From Candidatus Methylacidiphilales bacterium (GTDB lineage: Bacteria > Pseudomonadota > Gammaproteobacteria > JASGCS01): a stretch of 64,000 nucleotides of DNA. A model generated the notes under the pieces. The model had not been told where the DNA came from. It saw only the letters and a program-made list of their open reading frames with translations, and did no database searches. The stretch is taken from NCBI GenBank assembly GCA_030054035.1, contig JASGCS010000001.1, forward strand, positions 270,280 through 334,279, given 5' to 3'. A program made the position numbers and the translations under genes. Positions 1-10,684 of the stretch are shown one piece after another; positions within the stretch are counted from its first letter, which is position 1, and each line of letters opens with the position of its first letter.

Positions 1-416
1 CGCGAAAGTGTCAATGAAGAGAGTGGTGATTCATTATGGTCAAAGCAAGAACGAATTAATTTTTGAATGCTGGATAGCGTTACGCATTCTAATCTTATAA
101 ATGATACTTGTATCAAAGATTGTAATCCAAAAGATATTTCCCCTTTTCTAAAACGAGATAAAGAATCCTTGATCCGCGTTTTTAGTTTTTCATCCGCTAA
201 GGAAACTTCAGCATACGCAACGAACAATATGGTCAATTCGTCAGTCATAGATTCAAGTAATTGTGGTACCTTTAATGGATCTATGACATAAGATTGATTA
301 AAGTTTTCAGAGCTAGTGACAAACTCTACCCGGTCGCCATGTAACAATGACTGGCTTGCGACAATACAACTAAGTGGGTCGGTAAAAAACAAATGGTGAG
401 GTTGTGTTGTAATAGA
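1..416 (-). CDS. partial CDS (3' part of gene continues beyond window start), unknown function; open frame of >135 codons with no stop, absent from the ORF track because it runs off the edge
   Basis: Manual translation of the minus strand gives an uninterrupted frame from the TAA complement at 417-419 to position 1 (…TDPLSCIVASQSLLHGDRVEFVTSSENFNQSYVIDPLKVPQLLESMTDELTILFVAYAEVSLADEKLKTRIKDSLSRFRKGEISFGLQ…). Such a length is unlikely by chance in AT-rich DNA. Start uncertain (TTG near 392 or ATG at 248). Confidence 0.4.
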
Positions 417-478
417 TTAAATTATATATTAAAATTTTATTCTAACATGGCAAGGCTATAATAATACATAAGAAAACT

Positions 479-1972
479 ATGGATACCAATCAACAAGCAA
501 TTCTAAGTCACACTAGAAAAATCATTAGATTTGGACTTGCAAAACTTCATAACAATCAAAAAAGAAAGAGATCATTATTAATATCACATAATCACCCTGC
601 GATTAATTACTATGCCAATAACCTACATATAGATTCCGTCAGCTTACGGCTATGCGAATCATTTTTAAAAAAGCGTGCCATATACGATGCTATTACCAAA
701 TTATTTAAGGGGCTTGAATTTAATAGCACTGAAAAACTACCAGTATTATTTACCTCAATAAGATCATCAGCCAGTATAGAGCGGATTAAGAAAAATCTAG
801 AGTTACAGATACAAGGTGAAATTCAAATATCTAAATCTCTATCCACTGCTGAGTTGCTATTTACCAAAAAATATCAATCACACGCAAAACAAAAAATCGA
901 AACTATTATTCACTTAGGTTCTGGTGGGTCCGCACTAGGGCCACAGTTACTCTGCAATGCCTTAAGCTACCAACAACCACAAATAACGAAGTCTTACACC
1001 GTTTATTTTATTTCAAATGTTGACGGCCACCCATTAGCACATGCTCTTTCAAATTCAAAACCTGACACAACCTTAGTAATTGTAAATTCAAAATCATTTA
1101 CGACAAACGAAACTCTTCAAAATTTATCCATATTAAAAAAATGGAAAAAATCTTTTCACAAGGAAGATTTTATTGCCATAACCGCAAACCCAGAGCTGGC
1201 CAAAACTAATGGATTTCATATTGATTCTATTTTTACCTACCCAACCTGGCTTGGAGGCCGATATAGCATTTTCTCCCCAGTTTCATTTATCTTTCAATCA
1301 CTCTTTGGAAAAAACGCTTACCTTCAATTACTTGAGGGAGCGCAAGCTAGTGATGAGATTACGAAAAAGAAACTGCTTAACAAAAATCCAAGTTTGAGAT
1401 CAGCAATGCTAGATTACCTCTATCACACATTATTAAAATATCAGACAAGGGCTATATTTATTTACGAAACCAGGCTTGCGCTATTGTTACCTTACATTCA
1501 ACAATTAGAGATGGAGAGCAATTCAAAATCTATTACAACTTCATTAAAAAAAATCAAAACATCAACAGCACCAATAATTTGGGGGGGATTGGGTACTGAT
1601 AGCCAGCATTCATTATTCCAAACTTTATTTCAAGGTACCCATCTTTTTCCATCAGAATTTATAACCATTAAAAAACCCGAACACTCACTTACCGATAATC
1701 ACCTTTGGCTACTTGCTCATGCACGAGCACAACAAGTTGCATTACGAGATGGCCACAACGATCTTCGGCCAGAAAAAAACTGCCCAGGGAATAAACCATC
1801 ATCACATATCCAATTGGAATCTCTTAATCCATTTTCACTTGGGGCATTAATCAGCTACTATGAACTACGCACCTTTCTATTTGGTAAATTGCTTCAGATT
1901 AATTCATTTGATCAGATGGGTGTTGATTTTAGTAAGCCAATCGCTAAAAAAATCTATGAGTCATTAAAATGA
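479..1972 (+). CDS. pgi: glucose-6-phosphate isomerase
   Basis: PGI signatures are present: WLGGRYSIFSPVS (PGI signature 1), FDQMGVDFSKP (signature 2), and a GSGGSALGP SIS-domain motif. The length is 497 aa. Confidence 0.9.
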   Translation: MDTNQQAILSHTRKIIRFGLAKLHNNQKRKRSLLISHNHPAINYYANNLHIDSVSLRLCESFLKKRAIYDAITKLFKGLEFNSTEKLPVLFTSIRSSASIERIKKNLELQIQGEIQISKSLSTAELLFTKKYQSHAKQKIETIIHLGSGGSALGPQLLCNALSYQQPQITKSYTVYFISNVDGHPLAHALSNSKPDTTLVIVNSKSFTTNETLQNLSILKKWKKSFHKEDFIAITANPELAKTNGFHIDSIFTYPTWLGGRYSIFSPVSFIFQSLFGKNAYLQLLEGAQASDEITKKKLLNKNPSLRSAMLDYLYHTLLKYQTRAIFIYETRLALLLPYIQQLEMESNSKSITTSLKKIKTSTAPIIWGGLGTDSQHSLFQTLFQGTHLFPSEFITIKKPEHSLTDNHLWLLAHARAQQVALRDGHNDLRPEKNCPGNKPSSHIQLESLNPFSLGALISYYELRTFLFGKLLQINSFDQMGVDFSKPIAKKIYESLK

Positions 1973-2526
1973 AGTATTGTTCTTCCTGTGGCTCAGATGC
2001 AATGGTTTTTGAAATACCTGCCCATGACACCAAAGAGCGATATATTTGCAAAAAATGCAATACCATTTATTACACCAACCCTAAAATAGTAGTCGGTTGT
2101 ATTATTCAATGCCATGAGCAAATTTTACTCTGCGAAAGAAATATTGAGCCACGCAAAGGTTTTTTAACCTATCCTGCAGGCTTTATGGAAAACTACGAAA
2201 CACTTCAAGAGGCCTGCATCAGAGAAACTAGAGAAGAAGCAGGCGTAAACATACAGAACCCGCGATTATTTGCTTTATATAATTTACCTACCAGTAATCA
2301 GATTTTTGTTGTGTATCATCATTATGTTAGTGATACAAAAACCGAGGAATATTGCGATGAAACTGCCTCTCTATCCTGGGTAAATCTCAATGAAATACCA
2401 TTTAATCAACTAGCTTTCCCTATCATAGTAGAAACCTTAAAATCATTAATAGAAGGGAAAAAAACACCTATTCAAGGCACTATTTCACGAAAGGGAAATA
2501 CCTACCAACATTGGATAATTGATTAA
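1969..2526 (+). CDS. NUDIX hydrolase with N-terminal C4 zinc ribbon (NudC-like, short form)
   Basis: Cys pairs CSSCG…CKKC sit upstream of a Nudix box, GFMENYETLQEACIRETREEAGV. The start overlaps the pgi stop (ATGA). Confidence 0.75.
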   Translation: MKYCSSCGSDAMVFEIPAHDTKERYICKKCNTIYYTNPKIVVGCIIQCHEQILLCERNIEPRKGFLTYPAGFMENYETLQEACIRETREEAGVNIQNPRLFALYNLPTSNQIFVVYHHYVSDTKTEEYCDETASLSWVNLNEIPFNQLAFPIIVETLKSLIEGKKTPIQGTISRKGNTYQHWIID

Positions 2527-4073
2527 AGTCCTAATACCCCTGGATTCATTACATTGTGTGGGTCAAGAATATTTTTAATATCCCGAACAAGTTTAGCATT
2601 ACTAGGTGCTAGCTTTACCAAATAAGGATAGCTTCTACCAATTTGAAAATGAACCGCATGGTACTTAGTAAAAATAGCAATAATTTTATCTTTTAAATGT
2701 AAAACCAATAATTTACCATCAGGATTAGCAGGAAACTTACGTAGCCGAGATAAATATCCGGTATCAATATATTTTGCATGTATAGCATACAATTCATCTT
2801 CCCAATAAAATACTGGCTCTATAACAGCGCCTTGAGAACCGAGTGCGCTAAATAAAATAGAATAGGTAACTTTATATTTTTGCATTTCAGAAGCATGCAT
2901 AACAAATAAATCAGCAAGCTCGCTACATACAATTTCGGCATCGCCATGTGCTACGATCCCATGAATTGGCAACCATCGTTCGCCCTGTGGCCCAAGCATA
3001 TTATTTAAAGGACTAAAAGGGTTGGCCCGAAGTGCTTTCGGTATAATGGTGGGGAGCTTATTTCCTCCATGAGCATAAGCAAGTGAATGTAATTGCTTGA
3101 TATCTTCTTTTAGCGAAGCTCTACTATATTGCTCACTTAATACATGTAATTGGTAACAATCAGGGCTAAACTTTCTTCGGCCATAAAACGCAAAAGTAAG
3201 CAATGACCATAAACTTCGTAAAATTGACTTTTCATGTTTAGCAACTTCACTAACCACTTTCAAATCAGACACTAAGCTTTCTCGTTTTAATCTTGCCTGT
3301 TGTAGTAAAGGATCAAAGCCAACCACCTCAGTTCCAATCCCTGAATTTGCCACAGCCTGTAAGGCTTTCAAAAAAGATGAGCGATGTTTAAACTCAAATG
3401 AAACACCATCTGTATAAAGAGAGTCTGAAACTAATCTTAAAGCAACTTTAGTTTTAACACCAAACGCACCACAATCACCGAGGAAAAGACCGCAAGAATC
3501 TACTCCAAACCAACGAAAAGCAGCGCTACCATTACCCAAACAACCAACATTTAACTTTTCCCCCAACCCAGATACTACTTCCAACCCTAACACAGACTCT
3601 GCACTACAACCATAACGAGCACTTCCCCAGAACAATGAATGCTGGCTCAGAGAACCACCAACAGTAGCATGTATTCCACTCAATGTTCCCCAAAACCTAG
3701 TCTTCACTCCATGCACAGACAACTCACCCAACAAATGTTTCCAACTACAACCAGCCTCAACTACCACCACCCCATTTTCCACATCAACAGACAACACTTT
3801 ATCCATCAAACTCATATCAAGAACAACCAACCCCTCAGCAACTACCCCACCAGTGTAACTCAAACCCGCACCACGACTCAGAATACCAATCTTATACCTA
3901 ATACAACACTTAACCACCAATTCAACTTCTTCAGCAGAAGCGACCATAACAACCACATTCACATCCTTAACCTCATAAAACACATCAGAATAATACACTG
4001 AACTAATCATATCACCCACCAACAAGCGATCAGCTGCAATCACTAAACTTAAATCATTAATTAATTTTTTCAT
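2523..4073 (-). CDS. FAD-linked oxidase (PCMH-type FAD-binding domain; GlcD / D-lactate dehydrogenase family)
   Basis: The N-terminal half is Gly/Val-rich and typical of an FAD-binding domain (GAGLSYTGG, VVVVEAGCSW). The product is about 515 aa, starting most likely at MKKLIN (ATG complement at 4071-4073) rather than the extended ORF start at 4118. Confidence 0.8.
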   Translation of the reverse strand: MKKLINDLSLVIAADRLLVGDMISSVYYSDVFYEVKDVNVVVMVASAEEVELVVKCCIRYKIGILSRGAGLSYTGGVVAEGLVVLDMSLMDKVLSVDVENGVVVVEAGCSWKHLLGELSVHGVKTRFWGTLSGIHATVGGSLSQHSLFWGSARYGCSAESVLGLEVVSGLGEKLNVGCLGNGSAAFRWFGVDSCGLFLGDCGAFGVKTKVALRLVSDSLYTDGVSFEFKHRSSFLKALQAVANSGIGTEVVGFDPLLQQARLKRESLVSDLKVVSEVAKHEKSILRSLWSLLTFAFYGRRKFSPDCYQLHVLSEQYSRASLKEDIKQLHSLAYAHGGNKLPTIIPKALRANPFSPLNNMLGPQGERWLPIHGIVAHGDAEIVCSELADLFVMHASEMQKYKVTYSILFSALGSQGAVIEPVFYWEDELYAIHAKYIDTGYLSRLRKFPANPDGKLLVLHLKDKIIAIFTKYHAVHFQIGRSYPYLVKLAPSNAKLVRDIKNILDPHNVMNPGVLGL

Positions 4074-4143
4074 ATTTTTAAACAAGCATACCCACAAATA
4101 AAAAAGCCAGCATATCAAGCTGGCTTCCCTACACTAATTATAA

Positions 4144-6876
4144 TTAGAAATTATAATTTACCTCAATACCATACGAAGCACCTCTTCGTGGAGCAACAAA
4201 ATACGCCCTACCTCTTGACCCAGTTGTTGGATTTGCGCCTGAACTAGCAGCACCAATCTCAAACCACCTTGTGGCTAAAATGGGAGTAGTATCATTCAAA
4301 ATATTTTTTCCGAAGATAGATAAAGTAACTTTATCCATAATAAATGAAATTTTTGAATCTAGCAGAGTCACTGCACCAACATATTGAAAATTATCAATTT
4401 GAGTAAACTTTTTATCTTCAAAAGTAGCAGATAACGAATAATTGATAGATGATTTAGTATCCATTTCTTCATTTACATTAATTGAGAGTGAAGCGGTGTA
4501 TTCAGGCACAAATGCAAATTTTTTGTTTTTAATAGAACCATATTGCTTTACTTGAGCCTCAGTTCCAGTAAATTCAACACCACCACATGTAGGATTACCT
4601 GTTAAGAAATTTGTAGTTGCTACCACTGTGCATCCATTTTGTATAAAATTAACCTGAGCTAATACTGGGTCATACCCACTAGTAAAATGCGCATCAACTG
4701 TGGCATAACTAAAATTAATAGACACTGAATCTGTAACAATAGCTTTTAATTCGATTTCTAAGCCTTGTGTTAAACCGTTAGATTGATTTACCACTATAGA
4801 AGTTGTATTACTACCCCCAGGTAAAATCGCTGAGAGTGCCTGAGAAGTCTGAATATCTTTTATATCGTTTTTATATAAAGACAAACTGAATAAAGTTTTA
4901 CCATCATCAAAAACCCCTTTATAGCCTAATTCATAATTAACCGAAGTTTCTTGTTTGTACTCAGAGCGATCTTGCTCCACACCGTTTAATAAAAACCTAC
5001 CTAAAGTACCATTAAAACCACCTGCCTTTACCCCTTGAGAATAAATTAAATACAAATTATTATATTCATCAGATTGATATTTTAATGTGATTCTAGGAAG
5101 AGTGTTTTCCCAAGTTTTCTTTTGATTAAATGAAACCACACCAGAATAATCTGATTTTTCAATTAATCTATTTGAATTATAGATATTGTTTCTATTAGTA
5201 GATAGTATATTGCCATTTAGTCCTCCATCTTCTCTGTATTCAATTTGATGTTTGGTTTCTTTCTGATTTCTAATTTCAAAAGAAAGTGAAACTCCATCAC
5301 CAGCTTCGAACTCAATCATTGCATAGATCGCATCATTAGAAAGTGATGATTTATTTTGCTTATAACCATGAGCTAAAGTATAAAAACTAACTGCACTTAG
5401 TCGAGGGCAAAGGTAGGTGCGAGTTGAAGAATTATACTCGGAATCAGCTAAAGTACCGTCTAGATTTTCACATCTCCAAAGTTTATTATTGGCTACATTT
5501 GGCTCTTGACCTGTTTGAAAGGCAATATCAAATTGTTCAATTCTTCGTTCATAATTATAAAGACCGGCAATCCACTTGATATCCGAGCTCTCATTTGATT
5601 GAATTCTAATTTCAGTAACTTTATCGTCAAATTCTTTCTTGCTTGAATCCGCGAATATAGACTCACAAGAAATATTCCAACAGGTAGTAGTTGATGCAGG
5701 AGTAACAGGGCTAGCACTGGTTCCCGACCTTAAGTCAGTTCTAGCAAAATTTTGAAGATTGTATGCGGAATGATCTGAATCAGATCCCGTACTTAATTCT
5801 TCAAATTTTTGTGATAGCGATATATTTAAATCAATGCTTTTATTGATCTTATAAACAATATTTAAAATATTTAACTCGACATTACGATCAACTCCAGAAA
5901 AAGCAATTCCTTTTTCTAGATTAACTGCATCAGGAATTAAGTCAGCAGTTGAATGACTTTGCGACGATTTTTTCCCATAGTATGGATTTGCAACGCCGTC
6001 AACATCATATTCATCGTTTAAAGCGAAAATTAATGTACTTGGCAATTCACCACAATAAGCTCTAACGTTTCCAGCAACTTTTGCAGGGCAATTTCCAGAA
6101 GCAGGTGCGATAAACGCAAATGGTCTGGTTCCATCTGAATCAACAGTATTTAAGTATCTATAGTTAACAGAAATATCACTTGAATTATGGTTAATAACAA
6201 TTGATGCTCCAGTGGTAGATTGTTGGCCAATGGTTTTTTGTGTTATCTGGTTTTTCCATTCACCGCCATAGCTAAAATTACGACCTGTAATTCCAATAGA
6301 GGTGTTATTCGATACCGGTATATTTAATGAAAGATTTGTTGATTTTTCATTGTGGTTTGCAAGATAAACTTTTACATTACCTGAAAATTTTTCAAAATCG
6401 GGCTCATTTGTTACGTAGTTAATTGCGCCAGAATATGTATTTCTTCCATACAGTGCTGATTGGGGACCCTTAACAACTTCTATTCTTTTAATCGAACTTA
6501 AGTCGATTGATTGTATATCACCAGGATAATAAACACCGTTAAGAAAGTACGACACGCCAGACTCAACGCCGAATTGCACTCCTGCTAGGACATTAGATAA
6601 ACCTCTTATAACAGGTCGCTCAGTCGCTCTACCAAAGGCATTGGAGAAAGACAGGCCTGGAGTGAATTTTGCAAAGTCATCAATTGAACGGATGTTGAGA
6701 TTCTCAAAGTCTTTTGAACTTAGAGTTGATATTGAAAGTGGGACTTCTTGTAAAGTTTCTGTTGTTTTTCTTGCTGAAACAACCACCTCTTCAAGCGTTG
6801 TCTTATCTGCAGAAAACGCAATTGTACATGTTAAAGATACTATTGCTGTGATTAAAAAATTAATTGATCTATTCAT
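4144..6876 (-). CDS. TonB-dependent outer-membrane receptor
   Basis: It has a signal peptide and a plug domain with EEVVVSA, a TonB-box region, IRGL and ALYGRN motifs, and a C-terminal aromatic residue (…VNYNF). A strong AGGAGG lies 7 nt upstream of the ATG at 6876. Confidence 0.9.
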   Translation of the reverse strand: MNRSINFLITAIVSLTCTIAFSADKTTLEEVVVSARKTTETLQEVPLSISTLSSKDFENLNIRSIDDFAKFTPGLSFSNAFGRATERPVIRGLSNVLAGVQFGVESGVSYFLNGVYYPGDIQSIDLSSIKRIEVVKGPQSALYGRNTYSGAINYVTNEPDFEKFSGNVKVYLANHNEKSTNLSLNIPVSNNTSIGITGRNFSYGGEWKNQITQKTIGQQSTTGASIVINHNSSDISVNYRYLNTVDSDGTRPFAFIAPASGNCPAKVAGNVRAYCGELPSTLIFALNDEYDVDGVANPYYGKKSSQSHSTADLIPDAVNLEKGIAFSGVDRNVELNILNIVYKINKSIDLNISLSQKFEELSTGSDSDHSAYNLQNFARTDLRSGTSASPVTPASTTTCWNISCESIFADSSKKEFDDKVTEIRIQSNESSDIKWIAGLYNYERRIEQFDIAFQTGQEPNVANNKLWRCENLDGTLADSEYNSSTRTYLCPRLSAVSFYTLAHGYKQNKSSLSNDAIYAMIEFEAGDGVSLSFEIRNQKETKHQIEYREDGGLNGNILSTNRNNIYNSNRLIEKSDYSGVVSFNQKKTWENTLPRITLKYQSDEYNNLYLIYSQGVKAGGFNGTLGRFLLNGVEQDRSEYKQETSVNYELGYKGVFDDGKTLFSLSLYKNDIKDIQTSQALSAILPGGSNTTSIVVNQSNGLTQGLEIELKAIVTDSVSINFSYATVDAHFTSGYDPVLAQVNFIQNGCTVVATTNFLTGNPTCGGVEFTGTEAQVKQYGSIKNKKFAFVPEYTASLSINVNEEMDTKSSINYSLSATFEDKKFTQIDNFQYVGAVTLLDSKISFIMDKVTLSIFGKNILNDTTPILATRWFEIGAASSGANPTTGSRGRAYFVAPRRGASYGIEVNYNF

Positions 6877-6921
6877 GAAAAACCTCCTGTATTTAACTTT
6901 CAAGATTTTGACATATCTAAA

Positions 6922-6938
6922 ACACTTTTGTCAAGTGT
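6922..6938. promoter_or_regulatory. small inverted repeat (ACACTT-N5-AAGTGT) plus TTGACA element between typA stop and TBDR start; candidate typA terminator and/or TBDR promoter/operator
   Basis: acacttttgtcaagtgt is read directly from the sequence. On the minus strand it gives TTGACA upstream of the TBDR start, and the nearby direct half-repeat ttttgaca / ttttgtca. No Fur-box match is evident. Confidence 0.25.
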
Positions 6939-6967
6939 ATTTATTACATATTAATTAAAAATTTTTG

Positions 6968-8788
6968 TTATTTTGAAAATCTTTTTCTTTGATTTTCAGT
7001 TAAGAATTTTTTTCTAAGTCGTAATGATTTTGGAGTTACTTCTACAAGCTCGTCTTCTTCTATAAACTCCATGCATTGTTCTAGTGAATAATTAAGGGGA
7101 GGAGTGAGGAGAATATTCTCATCGCTACCTGCTGCTCTCATGTTATCTAGTTTTTTCCCTTTAGTTGGATTGACGGCTATGTCATTCTGTCTGGAATGAA
7201 TACCAACAATCATTCCTTCATACACATCGATCCCATGTCCAATAAATAACTTACCTCGTTCCTGGAGTGAAAATAATGAATAGGCAAGTGATTTGCCATC
7301 AGCCATAGAAATGAGAACTCCATTTTTTCTTTGTAGGTCTATTGATGAATTAAAGGTGTCGTATCTATCAAAGATATGAGTCATGATGCCCGATCCAGAA
7401 GTTGCCGAAAGAAATTCATTTCTAAAACCAATCAGTCCTCTTGAAGAAATAGAGAACTCCAAACGTAATCTATTACCAATAGTAGAAGTAATTTGTTGTA
7501 GCTCTGCCCTTCTCCACCCAAGCAGTTCCATGATTGAACCCTGATGCTCATTTTCACAATCAATAACCAATTGTTCATAAGGCTCTTGCGTTACACCATT
7601 TATAGTTTTAATAATAACCTCTGGTCTAGAAATGGCTAGTTCAAATGACTCTCTTCTCATTGATTCAATAAGAACGGAAAGATGGAGTTCGCCTCTACCT
7701 GAAACAACAAATTCATCAGAAGAACTTCCTTGCTCTACGCGCAAGGCAACATTGTGAAGTAGTTCTTTTTCTAGGCGCTCGGCTAGTTGCCTAGAGGTAA
7801 GGTATTTACCTTCTCTTCCAGCTAAAGGCGAGTCATTAACGCAGAATTTCATTCTAAGCGTAGGATGATCAACGGTGAGTGGCGGTAAAGGTAGTGGATT
7901 TTGTGGGTCACAAATTGTGTCGCCAATAGTAAGTTTTTCGATTCCAGAAACGCTAACAATATCACCAGCAAGCGCTTCAGGTTGTTCAACTTTTTCAAGC
8001 CCCCTAAATCCCAATATCTGTAATATTCTTCCATTTTTTTTACTTCCATCTTGCGATACAACTGTTACTGATTGGTTAGTTGTAATTTTTCCATTTTTTA
8101 TTCTACCTAACCCAATTATCCCTACAAAATTTGAGTAATCAAGTGCGGAGATTTGCATCTGAAGTGGTGCATTTATTGATGATTCTGGCGGAGGCGCTTT
8201 TTGAATTATAGTTTCAAATAACGGGGTAAGGTCTGGGGCAATAGAGTCAATTTCAAAACCCGCTTGACCCTTAAGCGCAGAAGTATAGACTATAGGAAAA
8301 TCCAACTGTGCATCACTTGCACCTAGTTTCACAAATAGCTCAAATACTTGGTCGATGACCCAATGTGGTCTTGAGCCGTCTCGATCGATCTTGTTAATCA
8401 CAACAATAGGGCGAAGATTATAAGAGAAGGCTTTCTGAGTTACAAATCTAGTTTGTGGCATTGGTCCGTCAATGGCATCAACTAAAAGCAGAACAGAATC
8501 TACCATAGAAAGCACTCGCTCTACCTCCCCACCAAAATCCGCATGTCCTGGAGTATCAACGATATTAATTCTGAATCCATTCCAATCAATCGCTGTGTTT
8601 TTCGCTAAGATGGTAATGCCTCGTTCACGCTCCTGATCATTGGAATCCATAATTCTCTCTTTCCAAGCCATTTTTCTTTGCAAAGAATTTGATTGCTTAA
8701 GTAATGAATCTACCAATGTAGTTTTGCCATGATCAACATGAGCAATGATCGCAATATTGCGAATAATATTTGCTGAGGCTTCTGACAT
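6968..8788 (-). CDS. typA: translational GTPase TypA/BipA
   Basis: The N-terminus [19 protein letters not shown] carries the G1 motif, with DTPGHADF as G3. It has the EF-G-like domain architecture and is 606 aa. Confidence 0.95.
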   Translation of the reverse strand: MSEASANIIRNIAIIAHVDHGKTTLVDSLLKQSNSLQRKMAWKERIMDSNDQERERGITILAKNTAIDWNGFRINIVDTPGHADFGGEVERVLSMVDSVLLLVDAIDGPMPQTRFVTQKAFSYNLRPIVVINKIDRDGSRPHWVIDQVFELFVKLGASDAQLDFPIVYTSALKGQAGFEIDSIAPDLTPLFETIIQKAPPPESSINAPLQMQISALDYSNFVGIIGLGRIKNGKITTNQSVTVVSQDGSKKNGRILQILGFRGLEKVEQPEALAGDIVSVSGIEKLTIGDTICDPQNPLPLPPLTVDHPTLRMKFCVNDSPLAGREGKYLTSRQLAERLEKELLHNVALRVEQGSSSDEFVVSGRGELHLSVLIESMRRESFELAISRPEVIIKTINGVTQEPYEQLVIDCENEHQGSIMELLGWRRAELQQITSTIGNRLRLEFSISSRGLIGFRNEFLSATSGSGIMTHIFDRYDTFNSSIDLQRKNGVLISMADGKSLAYSLFSLQERGKLFIGHGIDVYEGMIVGIHSRQNDIAVNPTKGKKLDNMRAAGSDENILLTPPLNYSLEQCMEFIEEDELVEVTPKSLRLRKKFLTENQRKRFSK

Positions 8789-9771
8789 TAAAATTCTAGA
8801 ATTGAACTACCAGTGTTATTTCTAGATTCTAAATCGCTATGAGCGATATGTGCTTCTGAAAGTTTGTATCGTTGATTAATAGTTGGTTGTATCTCTTTCT
8901 GGGAGATTGCTGAGAATAAATTATTGGACATTTGTATGTATCTTGATCTTAAAGCTATGTAATTAAAAACAGAAGCTCGGGTTATTTTAACCGATCCGCG
9001 CTCTGCAAGCAACTGTATATTAATTGGGGGTACGGCACCTGTTGAACTGCCAAATGATACAAAAGTGCCAAGTGGTTGGATAAGTTGCATTGATTGATTG
9101 AAGGTTTTTTCCCCACAAGAGTCAAAGACAATAGGCACACCTCTGCCATGGGTTATTTCCATGACTCGGTCAATGACTGATTCGGTTTTATAATTGATTG
9201 CAAATCTTGCTCCGTGATGCAACATGCGTTGACATTTTTCATCTGTTGAGGCAGTTGCGATTAAATCAATACCTTGATGGCGCGCATATTGACACGCAAG
9301 TAGCCCCACCCCACCCGAACCTGCAGTCAAATACGCAACAGATCCTGGGGTAATTTTTTCTATGTAATCAAAAAGAGCTATAACGGTAAGCCCCTTCATG
9401 AACACCGCCGCCACTTCAATCAAGCTAATAGTGTCAGGAACTTGAATTATTTCATTTTCCTGAACATAGGAATACTCTGCATACGCTTTAGGAATTTTAG
9501 AAACATAAACGACCCGATCTCCTGGTCTAAATTGAGTAACTCCTGTGCCGACTTCTTCAACCACTCCACTAGCTTCCACTCCAATTCCATGAGGCAACGG
9601 AAGCGGATAAAAGCCGGTTCGATGATACACATCAATAAAATTTATTGCGGAAGCTTTCTGTTTGATCAACACTTCGCCTGCAAGTGGAGTATGTAGCTCT
9701 TTAGTGCGTAGCTCTAAAACCCCTGCGTCGCCATGGCGTACTATTTCTACAAATGAAAAATGTTTTTTCAT
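8788..9771 (-). CDS. NADPH:quinone oxidoreductase (zinc-type ADH/MDR superfamily)
   Basis: It follows the MDR fold pattern, with a GSGGVG Rossmann motif, and is 327 aa. Confidence 0.8.
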   Translation of the reverse strand: MKKHFSFVEIVRHGDAGVLELRTKELHTPLAGEVLIKQKASAINFIDVYHRTGFYPLPLPHGIGVEASGVVEEVGTGVTQFRPGDRVVYVSKIPKAYAEYSYVQENEIIQVPDTISLIEVAAVFMKGLTVIALFDYIEKITPGSVAYLTAGSGGVGLLACQYARHQGIDLIATASTDEKCQRMLHHGARFAINYKTESVIDRVMEITHGRGVPIVFDSCGEKTFNQSMQLIQPLGTFVSFGSSTGAVPPINIQLLAERGSVKITRASVFNYIALRSRYIQMSNNLFSAISQKEIQPTINQRYKLSEAHIAHSDLESRNNTGSSILEF

Positions 9772-9837
9772 GGCGGTATTTATAAAGTGATAAAATTATA
9801 CCATGCAATTGATTTTATATAAAAATAAGGTGTTTAA

Positions 9838-10632
9838 TTGATACGAGTTGGAGTTTTTGATTCAGGAATAGGCGGTCTGTCAGTGGTGCAATATTTGCTT
9901 AGTGGTGAGGATTCACTCCATATTGAATACTATGCAGATTCAAAACACATTCCATACGGTGATAAGTCACCTGAATTCATTAAAGATCGAAGTGAGAAAA
10001 TTTGTAGCTTTCTATATTCAAAACATGTTGAATGTATTATTGTAGCGTGCAACACCGCTACTGCAATTGCTATTGATAGTCTTCGCAACAGGTTTAAACT
10101 TCGATTTATTGGGATAGAGCCTGGAATAAAACCAGCATTAAAAAAAACAAAGACGAATGCCATAGCAATTCTTGCCACACATAACACCATACGAAGCGCG
10201 CGATTTAAGAAACTAATCGACGAAAATAACGCTGAACAGAAATACAACTTCTATCTAAGAGCTGGAAATGGGCTAGTTGAGCAGGTTGAAAAATTTCAAT
10301 TAGATGACCTACAGCTCCTCCATGGCCACCTAGATTCTTGCTTAATCAACAATGTAGATACTTTAGTTTTGGGTTGCACTCATTACTCTTACCTTAAAAA
10401 TGAAATTAATAATTATTTGCATTCAAACGGAAAAAAAATTTCTATAATTGATTCTAGTGAAGCAGTAGGTAGGCACGCCATAGGATTGTTAAGCAACTAC
10501 CCACATCAACAACCCAAGAAAAAAGGAATATATTCATTATCACTAAGCACGACGGGAGAAATCGAACCTTTAATTAAAGCATCAGAATATTTAGGGTTAT
10601 TATTCGAGAGCGCCCTCTCCATTGCTGATTAA
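9838..10632 (+). CDS. murI: glutamate racemase
   Basis: VFDSGIGGLSV, ACNTATA and GCTHY motifs are present. A TTG start follows an AAGG. Confidence 0.9.
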   Translation: MIRVGVFDSGIGGLSVVQYLLSGEDSLHIEYYADSKHIPYGDKSPEFIKDRSEKICSFLYSKHVECIIVACNTATAIAIDSLRNRFKLRFIGIEPGIKPALKKTKTNAIAILATHNTIRSARFKKLIDENNAEQKYNFYLRAGNGLVEQVEKFQLDDLQLLHGHLDSCLINNVDTLVLGCTHYSYLKNEINNYLHSNGKKISIIDSSEAVGRHAIGLLSNYPHQQPKKKGIYSLSLSTTGEIEPLIKASEYLGLLFESALSIAD

Positions 10633-10684
10633 CTAACCCGTAAGGTTAATAAAAACTGACTAAATTTGATATAATAAGCGCTAC

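Noticed and set aside
3639-4001. 120-aa plus-strand ORF (and many similar 60-105-aa ORFs in the track, e.g. 5493-5717, 9442-9696, 17164-17394, 35292-35603, 54186-54479)
   Set aside because: Each lies entirely inside, or antisense to, a long well-supported gene. Their low-complexity products are typical of shadow ORFs, and none has independent support.
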